From positions 1-34,294 of the IMG/VR virus record IMGVR_UViG_3300032283_000312: a stretch of DNA of 34,294 nt; one strand, written 5' to 3'. This document shows, one piece after another, positions 25,221-33,519 of this stretch. The translations under genes and the position numbers were made by a program. The notes beneath the pieces were generated by a model that was not told the DNA's origin, searched no databases, and saw only the letters and a list, made by a program, of their open reading frames with translations. Positions within the stretch are counted from its first letter, which is position 1, and the number at the start of each line of letters is the position of its first letter. The stretch is from a virus (Duplodnaviria > Caudoviricetes).

Positions 25221-25454
25221 TTAATCCTTAACTAGTTTTGTTCGTTCATCAAGGATAGTAAGAGCAAATGACATCATTTTCTTATATCCTTCAGCATTGT
25301 CCATTATCTTGTTGTAGTGGTGCCCACAAAATAGTAAATCTCCAGAAATTCCAGTAACTTGAACTAGGGCTTCAGCAGCGCAAGAATCACACCTATCTAA
25401 TGGGGATAGAGTCCATTGCTTTGCTTTTACTTCTTCTGCAATCATTGTATTCAT
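25221..25454 (-). CDS. Small Zn-binding hypothetical protein
   Basis: DRCDSCAAEA...LLFCGHH. Confidence 0.7.
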   Translation of the reverse strand: MNTMIAEEVKAKQWTLSPLDRCDSCAAEALVQVTGISGDLLFCGHHYNKIMDNAEGYKKMMSFALTILDERTKLVKD

Positions 25455-25530
25455 AGTATACCGCCTATTTCTTGTATTGTTTTTAACATATTTAATTATA
25501 TCCTAATGTAGACAGAATGTCAACACTAGA

Positions 25531-26142
25531 TTAGACATATTTTAGGTTTGATCCTTCTTCAGCAAGAGTAAAGTTCATCCTGGATCTTTCATCTATAACT
25601 TGATGAAAATCTTCATAAACTGTTCCGTTGCTTAAACACCTATAGTAGGTTCTTCTAAAATGAAAATTACAATAAAAAATACCTTCTGAGATATTATTTC
25701 TGTCTTTTATTTCAGTCCAATTTATTTTACCAAAAATTATTTTAGTAGGGATAACTTTTACAAGGGCGTCAGCAGTACAACCAGTGCTTGGATTATACGA
25801 ATTAATCAGTGAGCATTTATGTCCTAGTGTTTCTGTAGTTGTCACATTTTTTGCAAATGTTTCTTTTACCTTTTCTCTTTCATCTATTATAAACTTTTGA
25901 ACATTTTCCCAAGAATTGTTAGGCTCTGAGTGTCCCTGCTTAGTCATATATATTTCATAATGATAGTGGTAATCACATAAAAATTTTTTACCATGCGTTC
26001 CTTCTATATATACATATGCAGGAGCAACACAAGATACGCTTGCATTTTCGTTAGCATTCTGTTGTTTTAATACTGATGGATGAAGAATTAGTTTTGGATC
26101 AAACGATTGACAAATCTGTCCCTCTGGTATGCTTGTTATCAT
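25531..26142 (-). CDS. Hypothetical protein with two Zn-binding repeats
   Basis: C..PAYV...FLCDYH and C.ADALV...FYCNFH, each followed by IDER. Confidence 0.7.
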   Translation of the reverse strand: MITSIPEGQICQSFDPKLILHPSVLKQQNANENASVSCVAPAYVYIEGTHGKKFLCDYHYHYEIYMTKQGHSEPNNSWENVQKFIIDEREKVKETFAKNVTTTETLGHKCSLINSYNPSTGCTADALVKVIPTKIIFGKINWTEIKDRNNISEGIFYCNFHFRRTYYRCLSNGTVYEDFHQVIDERSRMNFTLAEEGSNLKYV

Positions 26143-26324
26143 TTTTTCCTATTATCTGTGGAATAAAATCCACTACCGTTAAAAACTGCTCCTACATTAG
26201 AGTAAACACGAACTAAAGAAGTATTACAAATATCACACTTATATCCAGGATCGTTGTCATTGACAGATCTTTCTTTGGTATATCTTTGTGCACATGGCAT
26301 GCAGTCGTATTCGTACAGGGCCAT
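26139..26324 (-). CDS. FmdB family zinc-ribbon protein
   Basis: YEYDC..C...C..C...RVYS....F.GSGFYSTD. Confidence 0.85.
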   Translation of the reverse strand: MALYEYDCMPCAQRYTKERSVNDNDPGYKCDICNTSLVRVYSNVGAVFNGSGFYSTDNRKK

Positions 26325-26434
26325 TTGTTACTTTTTCTTTTTTGCTTTTACTGTCCAGATTGGTGCGTTGAGAGAATCCCCGCCCCATTCATAACCAAGT
26401 GCTTTTACAACAAAACGAATAATTTTAATACGCA

Positions 26435-26635
26435 TTACTTAATCCCCTTTCCAAATTTAGCCCAGACTCTTTCGTGTAAAAAATATCCAAGTGCTTCCCA
26501 ACCAATGTAAAGAAGAGCACCAAGACTTGCATACTCCCACTCACCAGTAAATAAATAAATTACTCCAGCAACTCCAACAAGGTGAAAGGTTTCCCAACTT
26601 GCTGTTTTAAGTAAAGTTCTTTTTGTTGATTCCAT
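26435..26635 (-). CDS. DUF2061 membrane protein
   Basis: RTLLKTASW...YFLHERVW. Confidence 0.75.
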   Translation of the reverse strand: MESTKRTLLKTASWETFHLVGVAGVIYLFTGEWEYASLGALLYIGWEALGYFLHERVWAKFGKGIK

Positions 26636-27183
26636 TACTTAACCTTGCTTAACAATGGAGCATCTTCTTCTCCAACATATACTGGACGACCCCAACCAAC
26701 AACAGCATTGATCAACTTTTTCTTATTATTTTTTACATAGCCACGAGTCTTCTCTACACACATTCCGCCATTGCGCTGGTCTCCCTTTGCAGTTCCTGAA
26801 GTGTTTCCTTCAATAACTTGAATTGTTCCATCGCCATTGTTCTTAACACATAGGCCTACATGTGAAATACGATTTACTCCATCATCTGGAAAATCAAAAT
26901 AAATCCAATCTCCTGGGGTTGGATCATCATTACGAGCATCTGACCAACGCTTATTTTTCTTAAACCAATCAGATGCAGCGATTGTTGCTGCAGACTTTGG
27001 ATATGTTTTTGGGTCTAGTCCTGCTGAAAACGCTGACCAAGAAACAAATGATTGGCACCATGGAAGAAAGTTTGCCCCTGTCCATTTACCATATTTTGTT
27101 TCGTTATCTTTAGGGCCTTCTATTGTGCCCACTTCTTTTTTTGCAATCTCAATGATTGCTTCTACTGATCCTTTTGTTGCCAT
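26635..27183 (-). CDS. CHAP-domain amidase/endolysin
   Basis: PWCQSFVSW, PGD, SHVG, IEGNT. Confidence 0.88.
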   Translation of the reverse strand: MATKGSVEAIIEIAKKEVGTIEGPKDNETKYGKWTGANFLPWCQSFVSWSAFSAGLDPKTYPKSAATIAASDWFKKNKRWSDARNDDPTPGDWIYFDFPDDGVNRISHVGLCVKNNGDGTIQVIEGNTSGTAKGDQRNGGMCVEKTRGYVKNNKKKLINAVVGWGRPVYVGEEDAPLLSKVK

Positions 27184-27223
27184 GAATATATCCTCCTATA
27201 GGTTATCTATTAATTATAGCAGA

Positions 27224-28645
27224 TTAGCGTGTAATTGTAAAGTTATAGGTTTTTTCCCATGCCTGGATATCTAGTTCGTCATTTAGCAATGGTTGGCCTT
27301 TAATGTTAAGGCTGGTATTAAGAAGAATGGGAACTCCAGTCTGCAAATAAAATTTATTTAAAACCCTATATAACCCTGAGTGCTGTTCTCTTGTAACTGT
27401 CTGAACCCTTGATGTGCCATCTGCATGCACTACAGAGGGGATCCTGTTAGGCTGTAAACACTTCACTGTGTACTGCATATAAGGGCTTTCAAAGTCCATA
27501 TCAAACCATTTATGTGCGTGGTCTGCCAAAACTACAGGAGCAAAGGGCCTAAAGAGTTCTCTCTGCTTAATTAGATTAACTTTGTCTTTAATAAGTGGAT
27601 CTCTTGGGTCAGCAAGGATACTTCTATTGCCTAGCGCTCTTGGACCATATTCTGCTCTACCACTTGCTACTGCTACTATTCCATCTTTTAATATGCCGTC
27701 CACAATTTGCTGAACAGGGTATTTTCCTACAAGGTCATAACCTAAGTAAGGAGTCTTCCAATCTAGATGCTTTCCGTATAAGGCTGCTGCTGCTCCTAAA
27801 GAACTACCAGCATCCCCTGGGTTAGGCATAATCCAAATCATATCAAATATATTCCACAACAATGTGTTGGCTGAAGAGTTAAGAGCACAACCACCCATAA
27901 AAACTAAATTATTTTTACCAGTTATAGACTTTGCCATACGCATAAACTGATTTAGCCTTTGCTCATAAACCACTTGAACTGCTGCTGCAATATTAAATTT
28001 GTCTTCTTCTGAAACCCAACCCCAATCTGTAATGCCTTTATGAAAATTATATTTTTGATTTTCGTATGAAGGGAAATAATCATTGACTTTTTTATAGTAC
28101 TTTGTCCAGTCACCATATGCTGCCATACCCATCATAATATATTCTTCTTGGTTTGGCATAAGCCCTATGAGTTGAGTAAATGATGAGTAGAACAGTCCAA
28201 AACTAACAGGATAGTTTTGCTTATATTTAAGTTTAATTTTATCGCCCTCACCTACCCATATTGTTGAGGTATTGTATTCTCCAATAGCATCCAGCACAAC
28301 GATTACTGCATCATTAAAAGAACTTGTATAGTATCCTGCTGCTGCATGAGAATAGTGATGGCTAAAAGATTTTCTTGGAATACCCTCTATGTTAAACCTT
28401 GGCTTCCAATCCCCAGAGCCACCCCTTAAGGCCAGCCTGGAGGCCTTTAGAAGGGGCTTTTCATAGTAGGCTATGTGATCTGGTGTACCGTACTGTAAAG
28501 CATCTTTTATTAAACTATCATTCACGTACCAGTCATTTTTTTGTTTGCTATATCTTTCTGCATGCCCAGCAAATAATATTTTTCCATCTTCAATTAAAGA
28601 TACAGAGGCGTCGTGAGATGTTTCATTTATTCCTAGGATCTTCAT
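27224..28645 (-). CDS. Carbamoyltransferase (NodU/CmcH family)
   Basis: HDAS, ERYS..K, HHYSHA, DAIGE, MGMAAYG, GGCALN, EYGPRALGNRS, FRPFAP, H.DGTSRVQ, LNTSLN..G.P. Confidence 0.95.
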   Translation of the reverse strand: MKILGINETSHDASVSLIEDGKILFAGHAERYSKQKNDWYVNDSLIKDALQYGTPDHIAYYEKPLLKASRLALRGGSGDWKPRFNIEGIPRKSFSHHYSHAAAGYYTSSFNDAVIVVLDAIGEYNTSTIWVGEGDKIKLKYKQNYPVSFGLFYSSFTQLIGLMPNQEEYIMMGMAAYGDWTKYYKKVNDYFPSYENQKYNFHKGITDWGWVSEEDKFNIAAAVQVVYEQRLNQFMRMAKSITGKNNLVFMGGCALNSSANTLLWNIFDMIWIMPNPGDAGSSLGAAAALYGKHLDWKTPYLGYDLVGKYPVQQIVDGILKDGIVAVASGRAEYGPRALGNRSILADPRDPLIKDKVNLIKQRELFRPFAPVVLADHAHKWFDMDFESPYMQYTVKCLQPNRIPSVVHADGTSRVQTVTREQHSGLYRVLNKFYLQTGVPILLNTSLNIKGQPLLNDELDIQAWEKTYNFTITR

Positions 28646-28747
28646 TAGTATATGTATCTATCTTGATTGTTGTTTTTTCTTATTTTTCTTAGTATAAAAT
28701 ATGTTTTAATTTTGTTTATTATTTTTTTCATGATATTTTTAATCTCC

Positions 28748-29311
28748 CTAATTAATGTCTGGATCAACAATTATATACCCTTTTGGATGCTCTGTATGAG
28801 TCGTATGCATGTAGAGCAGGGTTAGTCTAGATCCGCTTTCTATAGTAGATATTCCATGTCTCCATAAATCTCCATCACTTAGAAAAAATATACCATCATA
28901 TTTTTCTGGTTTATAGGCAAAGTTAAGTCCTGGAAAATATAAATCTCCCCCAACAAAATTATCATTTAGATATATTACCGTACTGTATTCTATGAATTCT
29001 TCTGGAAACTGATCATCCGTATGAGCATCTGCATGACTTCCTGCTGTCCACACTGAGCCAAAAGATTTAAATGTGTTTATTTTTTTTGTTTCTTCTGGAT
29101 TAAGTTTTTGATGAACATTGTTAGATAAGAGAGAGTATGTTTTTTGAATATCTAATACCGTTTTATTGTATGGGTATGCAGTTCCGCCATACCTAGTTTT
29201 ATAGTATTCTGGGTATGGATTTACCTCTGATGGATTATTAATTTCATCTACAAGAGTCTGGGCATCTTTAGGAGTAATAAAATTTTTAATTACTACAGGT
29301 TTTGCTATCAT
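28748..29311 (-). CDS. 2OG-Fe(II) oxygenase
   Basis: HTD...IYLNDNFVGGDL...HGI...R. Confidence 0.88.
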   Translation of the reverse strand: MIAKPVVIKNFITPKDAQTLVDEINNPSEVNPYPEYYKTRYGGTAYPYNKTVLDIQKTYSLLSNNVHQKLNPEETKKINTFKSFGSVWTAGSHADAHTDDQFPEEFIEYSTVIYLNDNFVGGDLYFPGLNFAYKPEKYDGIFFLSDGDLWRHGISTIESGSRLTLLYMHTTHTEHPKGYIIVDPDIN

Positions 29312-30144
29312 CAGTATATCCTATTCGCCACTTCATGAAATCTTTGCTCAGCAAGTTTTTCTAGATTTGAAAGAAACTCATACTCTACATCATTTATATT
29401 ATATGGAAAATACTCTAAACTGGTAAAATCATATTCTATTAATTTCATAAGTTCTTTAACGCCAGGAATAGACTCATTTTTTGATTTAAAACAATCTATA
29501 ATTTTTGAATAGTTATGATATAAAGAAAATGGAATAAAATCATTTTTTAATATACTAGGCTCATTATCAACTACAAAATTAGTTGGAATTGCTAAAACAG
29601 ATATACCCTCATGTGCTGCAAACAATGAAAGGTATTCCTCAACCCCATAGTATTTAAATATTGATATGTCTGGCAAAGTTCTAAATAGATCAAAGTTCAT
29701 AAAGAAAAAATCTTTAGATACCCAATTTACTTTTGTTTCTTTTGTTATATCTATCTTTTTATACTCTGGATAAAATTTATAATTATCTTTATTAAAAATA
29801 ACATTATGACTACCCGATAAAATTGTTTTTGATTGATCTTGATATTTTAATAATTCAATGTCCCAATCTTTTTGAAACATTTTTGCACCATCAACATACA
29901 TAAAAAAATCAAAGTTTTTTCTTTTTTTAAAAAAGTTCATATACTTAAACCTAGACGTTAAGTCAGCCCAAAAAATATGATTATAATTAACACCAACAAA
30001 TTTTTCTGGTCTAGAAATATTTCTTTGATCAAAAACAACAACATCTATTTTATTTTGACCACTTTGATTTATTATAAGTTGATCAACGGCATCTGGCAAC
30101 AACTTACTTTTATAACCGTAAAAATAAACCAATATGTTTTTCAT
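29311..30144 (-). CDS. Glycosyltransferase-like (GT-A) hypothetical protein
   Basis: VVVFDQ, DFFMYVD...F..DWD..L, YYGVEEYLS resemble GlcNAc-transferase-like GT-A proteins. Confidence 0.5.
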   Translation of the reverse strand: MKNILVYFYGYKSKLLPDAVDQLIINQSGQNKIDVVVFDQRNISRPEKFVGVNYNHIFWADLTSRFKYMNFFKKRKNFDFFMYVDGAKMFQKDWDIELLKYQDQSKTILSGSHNVIFNKDNYKFYPEYKKIDITKETKVNWVSKDFFFMNFDLFRTLPDISIFKYYGVEEYLSLFAAHEGISVLAIPTNFVVDNEPSILKNDFIPFSLYHNYSKIIDCFKSKNESIPGVKELMKLIEYDFTSLEYFPYNINDVEYEFLSNLEKLAEQRFHEVANRIY

Positions 30145-30145
30145 T

Positions 30146-30811
30146 TTATAGCAATGGTATCCAGTGCTGCTGGATTGTATGAGCGCCACCAAGAAGTAAC
30201 GAACTTAGAGGCTGAATGTCGTAAGCAACTGTAATTCTAGATCCAGGCCAATCCCAATCGCCTTGTGCGTGTGGGTGTCCCATTTCCGAAACAATCATTC
30301 TGTTATCAATATTTTTGTTTTCAACCTCTCTGTTTGGATCACCAAAAAGTCTATAGTATGTACTTGATGGCTCAGCCTTTACGCAATAGTATCCGTGGAA
30401 ATTAGGAGCCCCTGGTGCGCCATGGTCATGCCAGTTTAGTTTTCCATTACCTGCTTCATTAATATTAAACCATCCCTGGACATAATATTTTTGTTTGTCA
30501 AAATCTATTTCATAATAAGAGCAAGCCTCTTTGACTAGTTTTGCTAATTCAGAATATAACTTGTGCAAAGATGGATGATAAAGTTGAAAGACATTATATT
30601 CTCTCCACTTTACAGTTGATAAACTTCCAGACTCTAACCAAATTCCTTCATCATTTTCCATTGTGCTAACGCCACGCAGTTGCGCTTCTGTAATTAACTT
30701 ATACTTGGCTTCTAAAAACCTAGCAAGTTCATCTAAATTATTGTCTAGGTGCTTTTCAAAAAACTTGTGCTCTTTGTTACTTCGTAACAGAGTTCCACTT
30801 GTGTTTAACAT
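30146..30811 (-). CDS. Putative 2OG-Fe(II) oxygenase
   Basis: YNVF, GWFNI...WHDH...FHGYY...HPH...RITVAYD. Confidence 0.7.
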   Translation of the reverse strand: MLNTSGTLLRSNKEHKFFEKHLDNNLDELARFLEAKYKLITEAQLRGVSTMENDEGIWLESGSLSTVKWREYNVFQLYHPSLHKLYSELAKLVKEACSYYEIDFDKQKYYVQGWFNINEAGNGKLNWHDHGAPGAPNFHGYYCVKAEPSSTYYRLFGDPNREVENKNIDNRMIVSEMGHPHAQGDWDWPGSRITVAYDIQPLSSLLLGGAHTIQQHWIPLL

Positions 30812-31581
30812 TATTTATCTCCCTTATTGTTTATTTTTTCTTTACTGTACTTTGCATACTCTTTTTTTCTCCATGCAAATTTTCTATAGTGTGATGTTAT
30901 ATCAGACCTTCTATTTTCTGCTATTAAATGATGTTTTTCTTGTGCATCAGAGGAATCATCAACTATTAAATTCCAAGGCTCTCTTTTAATTGGGATCATT
31001 TGACATATAGGAGTTCCCATTGGTATAACCCCTTCAAAATTTCTTTTTATAAAAAATGGTATAAATGGAGGTAGTCCCCAGATATCAGAATCAACTATAG
31101 CAGATGGAGTCCAAAATGGCAAATCTGGCCTATTTATTGGCATTGTCATAAATAAAGAATAGTCTTTTGGTGTTTCATAATACCATTGCATCTTAACACC
31201 AAAATGTATAGGGTGAACGTCTTTTGGAATTGCCATGTCAACATGCTCTCTTGTATCCATCATCATAAAATTCTTTTTCCAAGATAGAGATGGCTTTCCA
31301 GAGACATCAAGTGTTACCTCTAAATCATCCTCTAGTAAATACATATAGCCAAGTGACATAGCATCTTGAAATGGCAAACAAAGTTTTGTAGAAACATTAG
31401 AGCCATCTCCACCTCTATCATTTACAGGGCATAAAGATTTTAAATCATTAGTTGTAGTATGCTTTGCCAGATCTCTATACCACTGTGGTATCGTTTTATA
31501 GGATGGCTCTGGAGATAAAAAATCAGCAACATCTTGATCATGATGTGGAATAAATATTAACTCTAAATCATTTTTGTCCAT
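30811..31581 (-). CDS. Conserved phage hypothetical protein (DUF6065/dUTPase-like fold suspected)
   Basis: P.WY..., KLCLPF.DAM..GY, P.NR.DLPF, IVDSD, GTPICQ.IP.KRE.W. Confidence 0.65.
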   Translation of the reverse strand: MDKNDLELIFIPHHDQDVADFLSPEPSYKTIPQWYRDLAKHTTTNDLKSLCPVNDRGGDGSNVSTKLCLPFQDAMSLGYMYLLEDDLEVTLDVSGKPSLSWKKNFMMMDTREHVDMAIPKDVHPIHFGVKMQWYYETPKDYSLFMTMPINRPDLPFWTPSAIVDSDIWGLPPFIPFFIKRNFEGVIPMGTPICQMIPIKREPWNLIVDDSSDAQEKHHLIAENRRSDITSHYRKFAWRKKEYAKYSKEKINNKGDK

Positions 31582-32236
31582 AATAATCCTTTAGTTGTGA
31601 TATTTCTTTGTCATCTAAAATAACAGACATATCGTACATTGCAGTATTCTTACTAATAATACCATACTTTTCTTTTAAATAATATGCCCCAGTATTTTTA
31701 ATTTTAAAATCAACAAAATCTGAAAAAGCATAATAGGCAGAATCTTCTAAGTAGTTTGCAGTAAAGGTTTGTTCTTTTATGTAAAAGGGAGCGTATTCAT
31801 CTTCTACTCCATTTATTTTAAAATTAACATTTTTATTTATAAACCAAGGAATATAAAATTTATATGTTGGGTCAAAACATTCTTTGTTTTCTAAATTATT
31901 TAAAGATGGATAAAACTGTCTTTGATGGCATTTGTCTAAAGCATAAAGCGTCCCATCATTAAATTCTTCAACCCAAATCTCTGCATGAGTTTTTTGTCTA
32001 AAAGTAACTATATTATTAGTTATATTTGTAATTTTAGGTTTTGGATAAAAATTAATAACATAATTATTTACTGGCTTTAGAATACTTTTAATTTTTAAAT
32101 TTTCTTTTGAGTCATATCTAGACCATTTATTTGGAAGTCTTGAATGCATTGATATTTCTGGTAAAGATAAGTTTGCAGAGTTTAGCCACCATTCAGACCC
32201 TGAAATATTATCTTTTTTAGTTATCATTCTCCACAT
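31568..32236 (-). CDS. Hypothetical protein
   Basis: 222 aa AT-rich ORF, AGGA SD, overlaps the next gene. Confidence 0.7.
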   Translation of the reverse strand: MWRMITKKDNISGSEWWLNSANLSLPEISMHSRLPNKWSRYDSKENLKIKSILKPVNNYVINFYPKPKITNITNNIVTFRQKTHAEIWVEEFNDGTLYALDKCHQRQFYPSLNNLENKECFDPTYKFYIPWFINKNVNFKINGVEDEYAPFYIKEQTFTANYLEDSAYYAFSDFVDFKIKNTGAYYLKEKYGIISKNTAMYDMSVILDDKEISQLKDYYGQK

Positions 32237-32283
32237 AAATTCCTAACTTAATTGTTTTGATATAACAATTATACACTAAGTCG

Positions 32284-32356
32284 CTGCCCCACCTGGCCTC
32301 GATCCAGGGACATCCGAATTAACAGTTCGGCACTCTACCAACTGAGTTATAGGGCA
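32284..32356 (-). tRNA. tRNA-Asn(GTT)
   Basis: Acceptor TGCCCTA/TGGGGCA, CCGAA-CTGTTAA-TTCGG; unusual T-loop ATCGAGG. Confidence 0.9.
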
Positions 32357-32360
32357 AAGC

Positions 32361-32388
32361 AGGCAGTTTTAGTCATGCCTAGGACTAA
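32361..32388 (-). other. H-type pseudoknot motif copy 4, directly before tRNA-Asn
   Basis: TTAGTC-CT-AGGCA-T-GACTAA-AAC-TGCCT, then GCTT, then the tRNA. Confidence 0.7.
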
Positions 32389-32391
32389 TAA

Positions 32392-33285
32392 CTAGTTGCG
32401 AGTATATGAAATAGTACCAATTAAAATCTTTGGAAGAGATGTTAGATACTCTCCAAAAGTTTTAAAGGTGTTGCGGTTTACATATGATGCTGACGCAATT
32501 GCTGTTGCAACTGATGACCCATACACAGAGTCTGCTGTGTTAATAGGTCTATTGTATTTAGGGATCTTTACACCAGTAAGAGCAACCATGTCAAGTCCAG
32601 GACCTGTATTTGTTGCTTTCTCTAACTGTGTTGCACTACCTAGTGCTCCAACACCAACTGCTCCGCTAACGCATGAAGGAAATCCTACAACATCTTGGCG
32701 CTTATCGTTTCCTGTTGCAACAAAGACTGGTACATTGTTAGAGGTCAAAGATGCAATGGCACTAATGGTGACAGTATCATTTAAACATCTGCTAAGTACT
32801 GCTGGAACTACAGACGATTGGCTAACTGATACAGCATCAATACTATACTTTGTTGCATTCTTTGATACCCAGTCAAGTGCTAACTCAATTGTACGATTAG
32901 AAAATGCGTTAATTCCACCAGTTTTATCTAGATTAGAAATTCTTACAAATACAATTTTAAGATTAGGGTTAACTGTTAAGGCAGACTTAACCATTGTATC
33001 TCCATGGTAAACTGCGTTATTAATAGATGCTGGCCAAACCGAATTTCCTGCTGCTCCTTTGCCTTCCATAAATGTTTTACCGTTTGGACATAGAACAGAG
33101 CCACCAACATTTAAAGCAAATTCATCATTTGCTGTAAAGCATGCTTCTTGAATGATTGATGGAAAATTGTTTGAGTTAATTGCAGAGTCAATAATTGCTA
33201 GAACTCTTTGATCTTCTGCTTGTGCTGGTTGTACTACGGTAATTAATAGTACTGCTGATAGTAGTGCTAGTAGTGTCTTCTTCAT
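32392..33285 (-). CDS. Secreted S8 (subtilisin-like) serine protease
   Basis: Signal peptide ending AQA; AIIDS, HG..M, ATGND, FPSC...V.VGA, GSSVATA. Confidence 0.85.
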   Translation of the reverse strand: MKKTLLALLSAVLLITVVQPAQAEDQRVLAIIDSAINSNNFPSIIQEACFTANDEFALNVGGSVLCPNGKTFMEGKGAAGNSVWPASINNAVYHGDTMVKSALTVNPNLKIVFVRISNLDKTGGINAFSNRTIELALDWVSKNATKYSIDAVSVSQSSVVPAVLSRCLNDTVTISAIASLTSNNVPVFVATGNDKRQDVVGFPSCVSGAVGVGALGSATQLEKATNTGPGLDMVALTGVKIPKYNRPINTADSVYGSSVATAIASASYVNRNTFKTFGEYLTSLPKILIGTISYTRN

Positions 33286-33300
33286 GTTATTCCTTTTCTA

Positions 33301-33504
33301 TTAAGAAATCATCAGTCTTATGACATGACAACATGGGTCTCCACCTTGGTCCCATTCTTCTGCTTCTTCTTCATCCATATATTCGTACCCGCCGTCATGC
33401 GTATTGCAATAGGGTGGTGTTACCCATCCTCTTTCAATACCGTTTTCAAGCCAGATACCAAATTCTTGTTCTTCAGGTGATAGATCTTCGTGCGAGTGGT
33501 TCAT
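33301..33504 (-). CDS. Hypothetical protein
   Basis: W...GIERGW....C.THDG...GGDPC; TATACT-N6-ATG. Confidence 0.7.
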   Translation of the reverse strand: MNHSHEDLSPEEQEFGIWLENGIERGWVTPPYCNTHDGGYEYMDEEEAEEWDQGGDPCCHVIRLMIS

Positions 33505-33519
33505 ATTAAAAGTATACTC

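Noticed and set aside
32396-33010. 204-aa + strand ORF and other long shadow ORFs (1520..1852, 4585..4941, 15104..15373, 17377..17691, 20130..20408, 23866..24174, 30663..30989)
   Set aside because: Antisense to well-supported genes, with no motifs or translation signals.
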